Positions 24,201-32,963 of a DNA stretch of 64,000 bases are shown here, piece by piece. Where the stretch lies: positions 1 through 64,000 of the forward strand of contig OY969561.1 in the NCBI GenBank assembly GCA_963701085.1. Direction: 5' to 3'. The stretch's first letter is position 1; every line of letters begins with the position of its first letter. This stretch comes from an uncultured bacterium (GTDB lineage Bacteria; Babelota; Babeliae; Babelales; Vermiphilaceae). The translations under genes were made by a program, and so were the position numbers. The notes under the pieces are model-generated. The model was not told the DNA's origin. It worked only from the letters and a program-made list of their open reading frames with translations, and did no database searches.

Positions 24201-25253
24201 AATACAGCTGTTGGATATAATGCGCTTAATACAAATTCAACAGGCATTGGTAATACAGCAGTTGGTAGTAACGCATTATCATTGAATATGAATAATCTTA
24301 ATACCGCAGTTGGGCAAGATGCGTTAAAATTAAATTCAACAGGTACACAAAATACTGCCATGGGATCAGGTGCGTTGACATTTAATAGTGTCGGGGTAAG
24401 TAATACCGCTGTTGGAAGAAATGCATTGAATAATAATACAGGAGGTAATGCTAATACCGCGATAGGACAATCATCAATGGCAACTAATGGAACAGGTGGT
24501 GGTAATACAGCTGTTGGTGATGAAACATTACAGTTTAATGTTGGTGGTTCAAGTAATACAGCTATTGGTCAGCTTGCGTTAAATAATACCGATGCTGATA
24601 ATAATACGGGGGTAGGTTATAGAGCGATGTTTGCTAATACAACAGGTACGCTTAACACAGCAATTGGAAGATTTGCATTAGCCAATAACACAATAGGTAA
24701 TAATAATGTTGTTCTTGGAGATTCAGCATTAGCAAGCAATACAACAGGAAATAATAATATTGCAATTGGTACTGATGCTGGAGGAACATTAACAACAGGA
24801 AGTAATAATATTTACATTGGTTTTAATATCGGTGCAGTTTCATCATCTGAAAATGACATTACACGTATTGCTAATATTTATGGTACAACAACAGGAAGTG
24901 TAACGACATTATCAGTATTAGTTGATAATACAGGGCAACTTGGTATAGCTGCTTCAACAAAAAGAGTGAAACATGCTATTGCAGATATGAGTAATGAATC
25001 AGCAGCTATTTACAATCTTCGCCCGGTAACATTTGCTTACAATAGTGATGCTTCTGAAACAAAACAGTATGGGTTAATAGCTGAAGAAGTTGATGCAATA
25101 TTCCCTGGTATTGTGGTAAGAGATGCTGAAGATGAACCGTTTACTGTGCAATATCATGTGTTACCAGTATTGTTGTTGAATGAAGTTCAAAAATTATATG
25201 CAAGAATTGAAAATATGAATGATCGTTTGATTGCGTTGGAACAGCAAGATTAA
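21273..25253 (+). CDS. Secreted trimeric fibre-like protein 3 (most divergent paralogue; start MKRQHSS at 21273)
   Basis: Same start context as fibres 1 and 2; collagen tract, Cys-containing linker, very long NTAVG repeat array, [23 protein letters not shown]. Confidence 0.9.
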   Translation: MKRQHSSFFFFLALFLSAQPNSSNDVYLDLSGDHDNLIDIVEEISSWDENQNSLLWQLQRHIAEGNLIVPQDFVVEALAYAENIVEKQRKKLSSNKFNYINDVLDHLACVIENGDLNHVVHRKDANIDFDDALFPCPRGPRGHRGHRGYQGATGATGAYGDGGTGATGATGAIGSTGATGSTGATGPAGATGTFDPSSCIDSLCVNNFSVVNEIISGPLSTCDVFVGCNLFLNDSASSTVGNVIKDGQPFMHTFPGTNSANTFVGESAGNFSMTAGENTAVGFQALIVNIDGFQNTAVGSYALNSNIGFGGGIFGGSANTAVGNNALGSNTTGYNNTAVGNNALGSNVTGINNVAVGANALFISTEGSNNIAMGYLALQNNTTGSDNIGIGISALAANQTGSSNVAIGSQALANNTTGFNTAIGFNALQNNTIGDQNTAIGQSALSSNTAGYQNTAVGQDALAANTLGTQNTAVGQDALLANTTGSFNTGIGQTTLLSNTVGINNTAVGYSALSSNTTGTDNTAIGCNALANNDATVGNTAVGSGSLAANTTGVNNTAVGYQTLLNNTVGIANTAVGYQALIANTSGYSNVAVGQNALQLNDAGYMNTAVGTNALEFNTEGSQNSAFGAGALQENTTGVNNTAIGLGALSFNVTGVNNTAVGLLALNANLVDHNTAVGHNALANNTTGFQNTAVGQNSLNANSTGWQNTAVGQGALQSNTIGIQNTAMGQNALSSNTFGSSNVAVGQNALASNTTGSSNTALGENALLLNTFGTNNTAVGQDALQLNIIGVNNTAVGVNALQNNVANNNSAFGEYALANDTSGANNTAVGQAALGLNTAGNNNVAVGFNALTFSIGSFNTAVGVNALLNNIVDGNTAVGNNALLTNSTGFNNVAVGNSALQNNLTGSNNTAMGVGALFANGTGINNTAIGYNVLSSNTTGTDNTAVGYNALVANDATVGNTAVGSGALESNTAGAPNTAVGYNALNTNSTGIGNTAVGSNALSLNMNNLNTAVGQDALKLNSTGTQNTAMGSGALTFNSVGVSNTAVGRNALNNNTGGNANTAIGQSSMATNGTGGGNTAVGDETLQFNVGGSSNTAIGQLALNNTDADNNTGVGYRAMFANTTGTLNTAIGRFALANNTIGNNNVVLGDSALASNTTGNNNIAIGTDAGGTLTTGSNNIYIGFNIGAVSSSENDITRIANIYGTTTGSVTTLSVLVDNTGQLGIAASTKRVKHAIADMSNESAAIYNLRPVTFAYNSDASETKQYGLIAEEVDAIFPGIVVRDAEDEPFTVQYHVLPVLLLNEVQKLYARIENMNDRLIALEQQD

Positions 25254-25275
25254 ACAAGATTATATATTTTTAGGT

Positions 25276-25313
25276 AAAAAAAGGGCTCTGATTGCATTCA
25301 GAGCCCTTTTTTT
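25276..25313. terminator. Bidirectional intrinsic terminator
   Basis: AAAAAAAGGGCTCTGA-loop-TCAGAGCCCTTTTTTT. Confidence 0.85.
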
Positions 25314-25324
25314 AATTCGATTTA

Positions 25325-25648
25325 TTACTTTAATGCGGCAATAATTTTTTCGTGCAAAACTTCTTTACTCATGTATCCCGTTTCCTTACCTTTAACAACG
25401 CCGTCTTTGATAAAAACAAAGGTAGGAACAGAGGTAACACCGTAATCTTTGATTGATATTTCTCGTGCTTCATCAACATTGAGCTTTGCAAATTTATAGA
25501 TATCGCCGAGCTCTTTTTCCAGTTCCTCCAAGGTTGGATTCATCTGTTGGCATGGTCCACACCAGGTTGCGTATATATCTAAAATTACTGGTTTGTTTGA
25601 GTGTTTGATTTCTGCTTCATGATTTTCTGGAGTAATTGATACAGCCAT
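25325..25648 (-). CDS. trxA: Thioredoxin
   Basis: WCGPC active site; cis-Pro motif SVPT; likely start MAVSIT with AAGGGA RBS. Confidence 0.92.
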   Translation of the reverse strand: MAVSITPENHEAEIKHSNKPVILDIYATWCGPCQQMNPTLEELEKELGDIYKFAKLNVDEAREISIKDYGVTSVPTFVFIKDGVVKGKETGYMSKEVLHEKIIAALK

Positions 25649-25821
25649 TTCTGGTCCCTTATTTATTATGAATGTGATGATAATAAAAAATATAATAACC
25701 TGTAATTGTTCTGATAACAAGGGATAAAAAATTGAAGATATCTTTTGTTGTGATATACTTTCAATGAGAAACAATTGTTATGAATTATACGGCTTTATTA
25801 CACATTTTTATTAGGAATAGT

Positions 25822-26565
25822 ATGCATAAAAATTTATTATTGTTATTTGTGGTAGCTAATTGTGCAATGCTTCAGGCGGGTGAATATAATATGGCTGATG
25901 AAAAAGTTTATGCTGATTATCAAAGTCAGCAAGCTGCTTTGTATCGATCAGCATTGATTAATGCTCTGTCTGATAATGACCAAGCTATTGATGATCAAGA
26001 TAAAAGTAATGCTGATGTAAATGATCAAGAAGAAAAAGATAGCAGAAAAAAACAATATGATGGCATTCTTGGTTACTGGTCAACTGAGCCGACTATTGAA
26101 TCTGAAACAGGACGTAAATTTTATCAATATACACAGCATAAATCGACTAAAAATTCAATAAACAAACAGTTTTCACAAAAAGCTAAAAATGATCAAGACA
26201 CATTTAATACAGAAGTCTTGCCAAATTTTAAACGTAGGTTAGAAGATGATCGTTATTTTATTAATACCTACTGTGTGTCTGCATTAAAAGATTGTCGTAA
26301 AGATCTTGCTTGTTATGATAAAAAAGGTTTATCCCCACAAGTTTTCACTAATCCTCATTTTGATGAACAGCATGAAGAAATGTTGTATGCCTGTGCGGCA
26401 AAATTTGCATCAGAACATGGTGTTAATCTGACAGCTGAAGAGATGAGAATGATTGCTGAACACAACCCAGCAACACAAGAATTTTTTAATGGTATCCAAG
26501 CTGGAAATAAAGCGATATCTGCGGTGCGTCATGAAATTTTGAATACAGATGTGAAAAAAGATTAA
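25822..26565 (+). CDS. Secreted hypothetical protein
   Basis: AGGA RBS, then MHKNLLLLFVVANCAMLQA signal peptide. Confidence 0.7.
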   Translation: MHKNLLLLFVVANCAMLQAGEYNMADEKVYADYQSQQAALYRSALINALSDNDQAIDDQDKSNADVNDQEEKDSRKKQYDGILGYWSTEPTIESETGRKFYQYTQHKSTKNSINKQFSQKAKNDQDTFNTEVLPNFKRRLEDDRYFINTYCVSALKDCRKDLACYDKKGLSPQVFTNPHFDEQHEEMLYACAAKFASEHGVNLTAEEMRMIAEHNPATQEFFNGIQAGNKAISAVRHEILNTDVKKD

Positions 26566-26607
26566 GATATAGCACCATTTGTTAAGTTGTACTCAAAATA
26601 TCTAACC

Positions 26608-26681
26608 GCGCTCGTCCTGAACTTGTTGAAGGATATCCTCGAGCGCTCGAAGAAATCCTTCAACAAGTTCAGGACGAGCGC
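26608..26681. repeat. REPIN-like inverted pair of family B repeats between convergent genes
   Basis: Perfect 27-bp arms GCGCTCGTCCTGAACTTGTTGAAGGAT / ATCCTTCAACAAGTTCAGGACGAGCGC with a central palindrome TCGAGCGCTCGA. Confidence 0.85.
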
Positions 26682-26726
26682 AGGAAAAAATTAGTTTAAA
26701 AGCTGCAGTGATATTTCTGTTGGCAG

Positions 26727-27344
26727 TTATTTTTTGTTAACGGAACACGGAGGGCATGATTTTGAGTTGTCTTTTTTGTCTTTGCTCGTATCACGGTACG
26801 TATAACCTTCAATAGTCAGTGTTTTGAGTGCTGATAATGGTATGATTTTTTCTTGTGGCCCAGCAGTATCAATGCCATCGCAATAGACAGGTGTTTTGCG
26901 TTCCAGGAGATAGTAATTTTTTGTGTTACTTTTAGTGGTAACTACTACTTCTAAATATTCTACTTTTTGTTGATGTTCATTTTTTTGATAATACCAAACC
27001 GTGTTGGGTGATGGGACTTGAATTTCGGCGGTTTCATCAAAATCAACGGTGCCTTTGACAAAGTCTGTAGCAGGATTATCATCAAGTTTAATTTCGAGAT
27101 GTTGTGAATCTTTGTTCATGACAGGCGCAGTATGTGTTGCTGGTTTTGCGTACATGATGATTTGCTTGCATTTGTTATCAATGGAAATATTATCAACGAC
27201 ATATTCTTGTCCTTGGTGGGTGGTGAGTTTTCCAGAAAAATTCACCGGCTGCTTGAGATTTTTGGCCGTTGTTGAACCAAATGAGGTACATTTAATGATG
27301 TTTGCAGAAAGTAGTGAACTGATCAGGAGAAGTACATAAATCAT
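26727..27344 (-). CDS. Secreted or lipoprotein-like hypothetical protein
   Basis: AAGGA RBS, hydrophobic N-terminus, 205 aa. Confidence 0.7.
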   Translation of the reverse strand: MIYVLLLISSLLSANIIKCTSFGSTTAKNLKQPVNFSGKLTTHQGQEYVVDNISIDNKCKQIIMYAKPATHTAPVMNKDSQHLEIKLDDNPATDFVKGTVDFDETAEIQVPSPNTVWYYQKNEHQQKVEYLEVVVTTKSNTKNYYLLERKTPVYCDGIDTAGPQEKIIPLSALKTLTIEGYTYRDTSKDKKDNSKSCPPCSVNKK

Positions 27345-27504
27345 ATTTATTCCTTTAGTTTGCGTGTTTAAGCTATTTTTAACACAGGTGTCTTCTGTTA
27401 TGCAAGTGTATTGTATGCTAAGCTAAAATCATTGTATAATGAGTTATATATCGCGTAGAGTATTAAGCAAATCTGTTAATTAAAAAACCGAAGGGATACA
27501 CAGT

Positions 27505-28197
27505 ATGTTTTCAAATGGCTATGAGCTTGATCGAAAAATGTCATCATTTATGGCGGGAGTCTATGGATGGATGAGTTGTGCGTTAGCACTAACTGCGGGA
27601 GCAGCGTATTACATTGCGAGCAGTCCGGCAATTTTTACGTATATTTATACTCATTCAGCAATTTTAATTGGGTTACTTATTTTCCAATTGGGGCTTGTTA
27701 TTGCAATAGGTGCCCTTATTAATCGCATTTCATTTATTGCTGCATTGGTAATGTTTTTACTCTATGCAATAACACTTGGCGTAACTCTTTCATCCGTGTT
27801 TTATGTGTATACAGAAGCCTCAATTCTTTCTACTTTTTTAACAACAATGCTAATGTTTGCATCTATGTCATTATATGGTTATCTAACCAAAGCAGATTTA
27901 ACTTCCATGGGTAGTATGAGTATGATGGCACTCATTGGTTTGATTATTGGTATGGTTGTTAATATGTTCTTGCAAAGCGAAAAGTTTGATTATATTTTAT
28001 CTGGCATTGGTGTTGTGGTGTTTGTTCTTTTGACGGCTTATGATACGCAAAAGATAAAACAGATCGCACGTCCTATGCTTGCTGATCAACAACTTATTGA
28101 AAAAGTTACGTTATTATGTGCTTTAACATTGTATCTTGATTTTGTTAATCTCTTTCTTTATCTTTTGCGCTTTATGGGTAAACGTCGCGATCAATAA
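27505..28197 (+). CDS. Bax inhibitor-1/YccA family membrane protein
   Basis: About 7 TM segments; VYGWM, YDTQKIK, LYLDFVNLF motifs. Confidence 0.93.
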   Translation: MFSNGYELDRKMSSFMAGVYGWMSCALALTAGAAYYIASSPAIFTYIYTHSAILIGLLIFQLGLVIAIGALINRISFIAALVMFLLYAITLGVTLSSVFYVYTEASILSTFLTTMLMFASMSLYGYLTKADLTSMGSMSMMALIGLIIGMVVNMFLQSEKFDYILSGIGVVVFVLLTAYDTQKIKQIARPMLADQQLIEKVTLLCALTLYLDFVNLFLYLLRFMGKRRDQ

Positions 28198-28244
28198 AAT
28201 TGTTAGAAATAAAAAAATAAAAGAGTAGTAAGGGAGTATTTATT

Positions 28245-29990
28245 ATGAATCGACGTACGGCTTCGTTGTTATTGATTACGGTGTTGGGAGCAGTTGGTTT
28301 TGTTTGGACAGGTAAAACATTGTTTGCTGCGCCTAACAAAACCAGTCAAAAAAAAGATAAATCTGCGCCGCAACCAAGAGTTCAAGAAGATCAGGATCAA
28401 GAAAATGTTATTCGTGGTGCTGATCAAGAAGATGAAAAAGAAGTTGCGGTGGATGAATTTGATATTCAGCGAAAACAAAAAGAAGTACGTAGCCTACTTG
28501 AGCGTGGTGTTAAGTTTTGTGCGAATAATTCTCTGCCAGCAATTTGTCAGGCATTAACGCATACAAAAACATTTATAGAAGGTGAATTGTATCTATTTCT
28601 TTTAGATACAAAAGGTGTTGTGTATGCCCATGGTGATCGTGAAGATCTTCTATGGAGTAATCTTTGGGATTATCGTGATAGTTTTGGCGCTCTTATCATA
28701 CAATCAATGGTTAAAACGGCAAATGCTGGTGCCAATTGGTTGACGTATGAATGGGCTGGTGCGGTTAAAGTTTCCTTTGTGCAAAAAATTAAGATTGATG
28801 ATAAAGATTATGTTATTGGTTGTGGATATTATCCTCATTCCAAAAAATACGCGGTAATTGGCCTTGTTAAAGGTGCGGTGAGTTTATTTAATCAGGATGT
28901 TAAATCTGGTTATCCTGTTGGAGATACGTTCGGTGCAATGGGGTACGCAGAGAGTGAGCGATTTGTTTTTGGAGATCTTTACTTGTATGCGCTTGATTTT
29001 AATGGAAAAATTCGTTCTCAAGGTGAAGAGCCTGGTCTTATTAACAGAAATGCTTTGGATTATAAGGATTCCAAGGGTAAAGCGGTTAATAAAGAAATTA
29101 TTGAAAAACTTAAGGGAAAGCCAGAAGGTGAAGGTATATGGACTGAGTATTATTCAAAAAATGCTTTGAAATATGCTTATGCGGAAAAAGTAAAAGATAA
29201 AGATGGAAATTATTACTTTATTGCATGTGGGTATTATCCTGAACTTAATCGTGATCAAACAGTTGAGTTAGTTCGTCGTGGATATCAACTCATGAAAAGT
29301 AGCGGTATTTCTATTGCATCAAAAGAGTTTACCGATAGAGGTAATAACAGTTATCGCTTGGGTGATCTTTATCTGTTTATATATGATATGAAAGGTAAAT
29401 GTATAGCGCACGGTGGCAACAGTTCATTAATTGATCAAAATCAGTTTGATGAAAAAGATCAGGATGGCCGTTATTACGTTCGTGAAATGATTGATCAAGC
29501 AAGCAAGGCCAGCGGTTGGGTTGATTTTAAGTTAAAAAATTCTTTTGAAGCGGTATACGTAGAAAAAGTTGATATGGGTGTTGATACTTATATTATTGGT
29601 TCAGGTATATTCCCGGTGAGCAAACCGGAAACAATGACGTTGCTTGTCAAAAGTGCGATTGGTTATTTGGAGACCAATGCAGAAGATGTAAGTTTTGAAA
29701 AGTTTGTTGCGCGAAAAGGTGAATTTATGCGTGGCGATCTTTTTGTATTTGCGATAGATCTTGATGGTTATTGCTATGCCTGGGGCGATGATTATCCGCT
29801 GATTTGGAAAAATATCATTGATTGGAAAGATGATGAAGGTAAGCTATTTATTAAAAATATGCTTGAACAATCATCACATGGGCCGGATCATTATATTTAT
29901 AAATTTAATAAAAAAATGCGTGTTGATTATGCTGAACAGGTGGAAAAGAATGGCAAAAAATACCTGATCGGTTCTGGTTTTTATAAGTAG
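28245..29990 (+). CDS. Exported protein with four tandem Cache_2-like domains
   Basis: Four repeats of GDLY(L/V)F..D..G...(A)HG.....D..D..G...I..M.....GW..Y....K..YVEKV....Y.IG(S/C)G.Y; N-terminal signal/TM; no cytoplasmic output domain. Confidence 0.8.
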   Translation: MNRRTASLLLITVLGAVGFVWTGKTLFAAPNKTSQKKDKSAPQPRVQEDQDQENVIRGADQEDEKEVAVDEFDIQRKQKEVRSLLERGVKFCANNSLPAICQALTHTKTFIEGELYLFLLDTKGVVYAHGDREDLLWSNLWDYRDSFGALIIQSMVKTANAGANWLTYEWAGAVKVSFVQKIKIDDKDYVIGCGYYPHSKKYAVIGLVKGAVSLFNQDVKSGYPVGDTFGAMGYAESERFVFGDLYLYALDFNGKIRSQGEEPGLINRNALDYKDSKGKAVNKEIIEKLKGKPEGEGIWTEYYSKNALKYAYAEKVKDKDGNYYFIACGYYPELNRDQTVELVRRGYQLMKSSGISIASKEFTDRGNNSYRLGDLYLFIYDMKGKCIAHGGNSSLIDQNQFDEKDQDGRYYVREMIDQASKASGWVDFKLKNSFEAVYVEKVDMGVDTYIIGSGIFPVSKPETMTLLVKSAIGYLETNAEDVSFEKFVARKGEFMRGDLFVFAIDLDGYCYAWGDDYPLIWKNIIDWKDDEGKLFIKNMLEQSSHGPDHYIYKFNKKMRVDYAEQVEKNGKKYLIGSGFYK

Positions 29991-30011
29991 AACAGGATAA
30001 TCTGAATAGCG

Positions 30012-30042
30012 AAAAAGGGATGCGTAACAGCATCCCTTTTTT
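30012..30042. terminator. Bidirectional intrinsic terminator
   Basis: AAAAAGGGATGC-loop-GCATCCCTTTTTT. Confidence 0.85.
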
Positions 30043-30060
30043 ATTTATTCCGATTGTTAT

Positions 30061-30996
30061 TTATAGCTTTTCAAAAAGTTTGCAATCATCTTCTTGTGAT
30101 AAAATGCCAAGGGTAGTCAATTCTTCAGCAAGTTGAGATGGATTTTTAAACAGTATACCATGCAGCGTGAGATCTGTTGTTGATTGTAGTTTATTAAAGG
30201 CATCAACATTTGTTTTTTTATCATCAATAAAAATCATACAAGTAATATTTTTTTTAGTCTTGCTATGGGCGATCATACGCTCATAAAACGCTGGTTCGGG
30301 TTTTTTTCCTGGTAGATGAATAATGTTGTCTGATTCTTGTATATTCATAGTTTCATCAACTAACTGTTTGTAATTGTTAGGAGTAGTTGATCGGTCCATA
30401 AAGAGCTGAATATCATTGAGCAGTGCGGTACTGTTTCCTGGATGTGCAACAAAGACTTTACTCGGAATTTTACTGAATTTATGGCCAAAATTTTTTACGG
30501 TTAAATCGTAAGCAATGCGATCTTTATTAGTCGCAAAATTTATGTTATACCCTTTTGCTTTTTTGAGATACTTATAAATTTTTCTTGTTCCTGGAATAAA
30601 TTGACGTGAACTTTCGAGAGTTTCAATAAGCCATGGTACATAAATGGTTAAGTTTGTATCTTTCATACCATGATATAAAAAATGAAAAGTGATACCTTCT
30701 ATTGCATCACCACGTTTATCATATAACGCTTCCTTAATACCATCTTTATCATACGCATAAGCTTGCTGTACTTTTAAAAGTGAATATAAATAAGCCAATG
30801 TAGTAAATGGATTAAGGGATATGCCGCCAAGTATAAGTTTGTATGTTGAATATGAAGATTCGATAAGTACTTCGTCAATATCAGAGTAGATATCCACGTT
30901 TTCTGGTTTAAATTGTTTATCCATTGATGCTATGGTGCCAGAAGAAAGAATGAGCAAAATAAATAGTTTTATACATTTTTTCAAGACAATCCCCAT
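30061..30996 (-). CDS. Secreted HAD-superfamily hydrolase-like protein
   Basis: DIDEVL (motif I), ATNK (II), KKP (III), IFIDD (IV); signal peptide. Confidence 0.75.
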   Translation of the reverse strand: MGIVLKKCIKLFILLILSSGTIASMDKQFKPENVDIYSDIDEVLIESSYSTYKLILGGISLNPFTTLAYLYSLLKVQQAYAYDKDGIKEALYDKRGDAIEGITFHFLYHGMKDTNLTIYVPWLIETLESSRQFIPGTRKIYKYLKKAKGYNINFATNKDRIAYDLTVKNFGHKFSKIPSKVFVAHPGNSTALLNDIQLFMDRSTTPNNYKQLVDETMNIQESDNIIHLPGKKPEPAFYERMIAHSKTKKNITCMIFIDDKKTNVDAFNKLQSTTDLTLHGILFKNPSQLAEELTTLGILSQEDDCKLFEKL

Positions 30997-31063
30997 TTTT
31001 TTATATATACAGGCAGCATATCGAGTTGTAATGGGAATTGTCTAGGTTTGTTTATGCAGTACT

Positions 31064-32026
31064 TTATCTTGCAAAAATAGAGTGAAAGTTTTGTTTTATT
31101 TTACCGCTAATTCCTGGATAACGAATTTCATCCAAAAGTGTATGATCTTTTTCTTCTGATACCATTCCAGCTTTTTTAATATCTTCAGCAAATTGATCTA
31201 AGTTGTTTTCATTATAGAGTATGCCAAGACGGAGCTTGGTGGTATCTTTTTGTAGCGCATTAAAGGCATCAACGTTCTCTTCATTGTCATCAATAAAGAT
31301 CATGTCATTGTCAGCACCAAGATTGTTTACTACATAGGTAAAGAACTGGTTTGCTGGTTTTTTGCTTGGTACATGCACAATTGTTGAGGTTTCTTTTAAG
31401 TTGATAGCTTTATGGACCATATTTTTATAGTGTACGGGCGTTGTTGGTTTATCTGCAAAGATTTGTAATTGCGAGATTGCAGTATCTTCACTTTGTGGCT
31501 CGGCTACAAATACTTTATCGACCATGTTGGGAATTTCATTACCTAATGCTTCTATAGAAAGATCATAGAGCATACGATCTTTATTAGTGGCAATAACAAA
31601 ATGATAGCCGTCTTCTTTGAGGTGATGATAAAGGTTGTCAATTGGTTGATTAAGGCAACGAGATTTTCCAATATATTCCACTAATCCTGGAACATATGGG
31701 GCAAGTGTTGGATAGCGTCTACCATAATCAAGAAGTCTTAAAGGAAGATTACCCAATTTACGGGGTTTTTTTTCTGTAGGCCCGCCCTTCGTAGCTTCAG
31801 CGGAGTAGGGTTCGTCAGAAATATCTTTTGTAGACTTTTTGCTTTTGAATAAATTTTCAAGAGGTTGTAAGTAAGCAAGTAAGCCAAGGAAGGATGATTT
31901 TTTTATCAATACATCATCAAAGTCTGTGATGAGAATGGGTTTCTTTTTTGCCACAGGTGTTTCTATTGGCAGCGCTGTGCTGCAAAAGATGCTAGCAAGA
32001 AGAAGTGTGCTATATATTTTTTTCAT
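31064..32026 (-). CDS. Secreted HAD-superfamily hydrolase-like protein (tandem paralogue)
   Basis: DFDDVL, ATNK, KKP, IFIDD; signal peptide. Confidence 0.75.
   Translation of the reverse strand: MKKIYSTLLLASIFCSTALPIETPVAKKKPILITDFDDVLIKKSSFLGLLAYLQPLENLFKSKKSTKDISDEPYSAEATKGGPTEKKPRKLGNLPLRLLDYGRRYPTLAPYVPGLVEYIGKSRCLNQPIDNLYHHLKEDGYHFVIATNKDRMLYDLSIEALGNEIPNMVDKVFVAEPQSEDTAISQLQIFADKPTTPVHYKNMVHKAINLKETSTIVHVPSKKPANQFFTYVVNNLGADNDMIFIDDNEENVDAFNALQKDTTKLRLGILYNENNLDQFAEDIKKAGMVSEEKDHTLLDEIRYPGISGKIKQNFHSIFAR
31778..31810 (-). repeat. Family A repeat in frame within the HAD paralogue
   Basis: Minus strand CCCTAC-TCC-GCT-GA-AGC-TAC-GAAGGGCGGGCC; encodes PYSAEATKGGP. Confidence 0.75.
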
Positions 32027-32137
32027 TATTTTCCTTGGTTTGGAGTTTTTTTTAAGTTTAACTGAAATAGAGTTTAGAAAAGAAGGCTTTTAATAGATAT
32101 GGGATGCCTATTAAAGCATCCCATTCATTTTGCTGTA

Positions 32138-32479
32138 TTAATCCTCATCGAGGGCGGCTAGAGGTATCGCCATTAATATCAGAGTAGTTGTGTATACAGC
32201 GAGAACTTGTTCTAATTGTTTATTGTTTTTACACAGATCATACTTTATGGCTAGAACCGCCGACGTAAGTAAGGCAGCGTATGTGGTTAGAACTATGCCT
32301 GGGTGGTCTTTTGAATATCGTAAAATACGCCCTCTTATAGATTTTTCATATTTAGCAATTGTTTCTTCTTGCTTGATTTGTTCTTGCTCGTTAATAACTG
32401 GGTTAGCGTATGTAGGAACCATTGTTGCCACTGAGAACGATAAAAGAGCCATAGTTGCATATTTTCGTAATGTTTTCAT
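32138..32479 (-). CDS. Small secreted/membrane hypothetical protein
   Basis: GGAGG RBS before ATG 32479; signal peptide plus two hydrophobic helices; acidic tail. Confidence 0.75.
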   Translation of the reverse strand: MKTLRKYATMALLSFSVATMVPTYANPVINEQEQIKQEETIAKYEKSIRGRILRYSKDHPGIVLTTYAALLTSAVLAIKYDLCKNNKQLEQVLAVYTTTLILMAIPLAALDED

Positions 32480-32485
32480 AAGAAC

Positions 32486-32646
32486 CTCCAATTTGGTTAA
32501 AATATTAGCTTCTATATACTATTATATATACTATTTGAAATAAGTCAATCAGGGGGGGTGAAAGTGCGATCAGGACGTATAAAAGCAATTAATTAGGGGT
32601 AGGTTAAAAAAAATCCCCAGTACATACTGAGGATTTTGATTGTTAT
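32486..32646 (-). repeat. Repeated terminator-promoter-RBS module, copy 1
   Basis: Highly similar to 32964-33126 and partly to 34021-34118; TTGACT-16nt-TATAAT and GGAGG on the minus strand. Confidence 0.85.
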
Positions 32647-32657
32647 TATAACACATA

Positions 32658-32957
32658 TTAATCACTGTCAATGTCAATAGCGAGAAACATCGAGGTCATC
32701 ATTAGAGCAGCTGCGGATCCACTGAGTAAGTTACCCAATTTTGTGTCATAGCTTGTATTTATATTATATTTTTCACAAGCTAGACCTGTGAGAACAACGG
32801 CTATAGAACATGCACAACATGCGATGCAACCTATTTGTTTGTATTTTTTTTGAACTTCAAAGTTGGTTTCTTTACCGTCATATGCCGATGTGATAAATGG
32901 CATATTTAAGCCAAAACCCAATATAGCCATACATAATAGTTTTTTTGATATAGTCAT
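32658..32957 (-). CDS. Small secreted/membrane hypothetical protein (probable paralogue of 32138-32479)
   Basis: Signal peptide, two hydrophobic helices flanking KY(D/N), acidic tail. Confidence 0.75.
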   Translation of the reverse strand: MTISKKLLCMAILGFGLNMPFITSAYDGKETNFEVQKKYKQIGCIACCACSIAVVLTGLACEKYNINTSYDTKLGNLLSGSAAALMMTSMFLAIDIDSD

Positions 32958-32963
32958 AGTAAT

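Noticed and set aside
14845-24361. Antisense and alternative-frame ORFs over the fibre genes (e.g. 15430-16041, 17594-18064, 23624-24067)
   Set aside because: Shadows of repetitive Gly/Thr/Asn/Ala codons; they recur only because the sense genes are duplicated.
14987-25253. Prophage tail-fibre cluster or diversity-generating retroelement target
   Set aside because: Signal peptides, individual promoters and terminators, no phage genes, no reverse transcriptase, and differences between copies are not adenine-specific.
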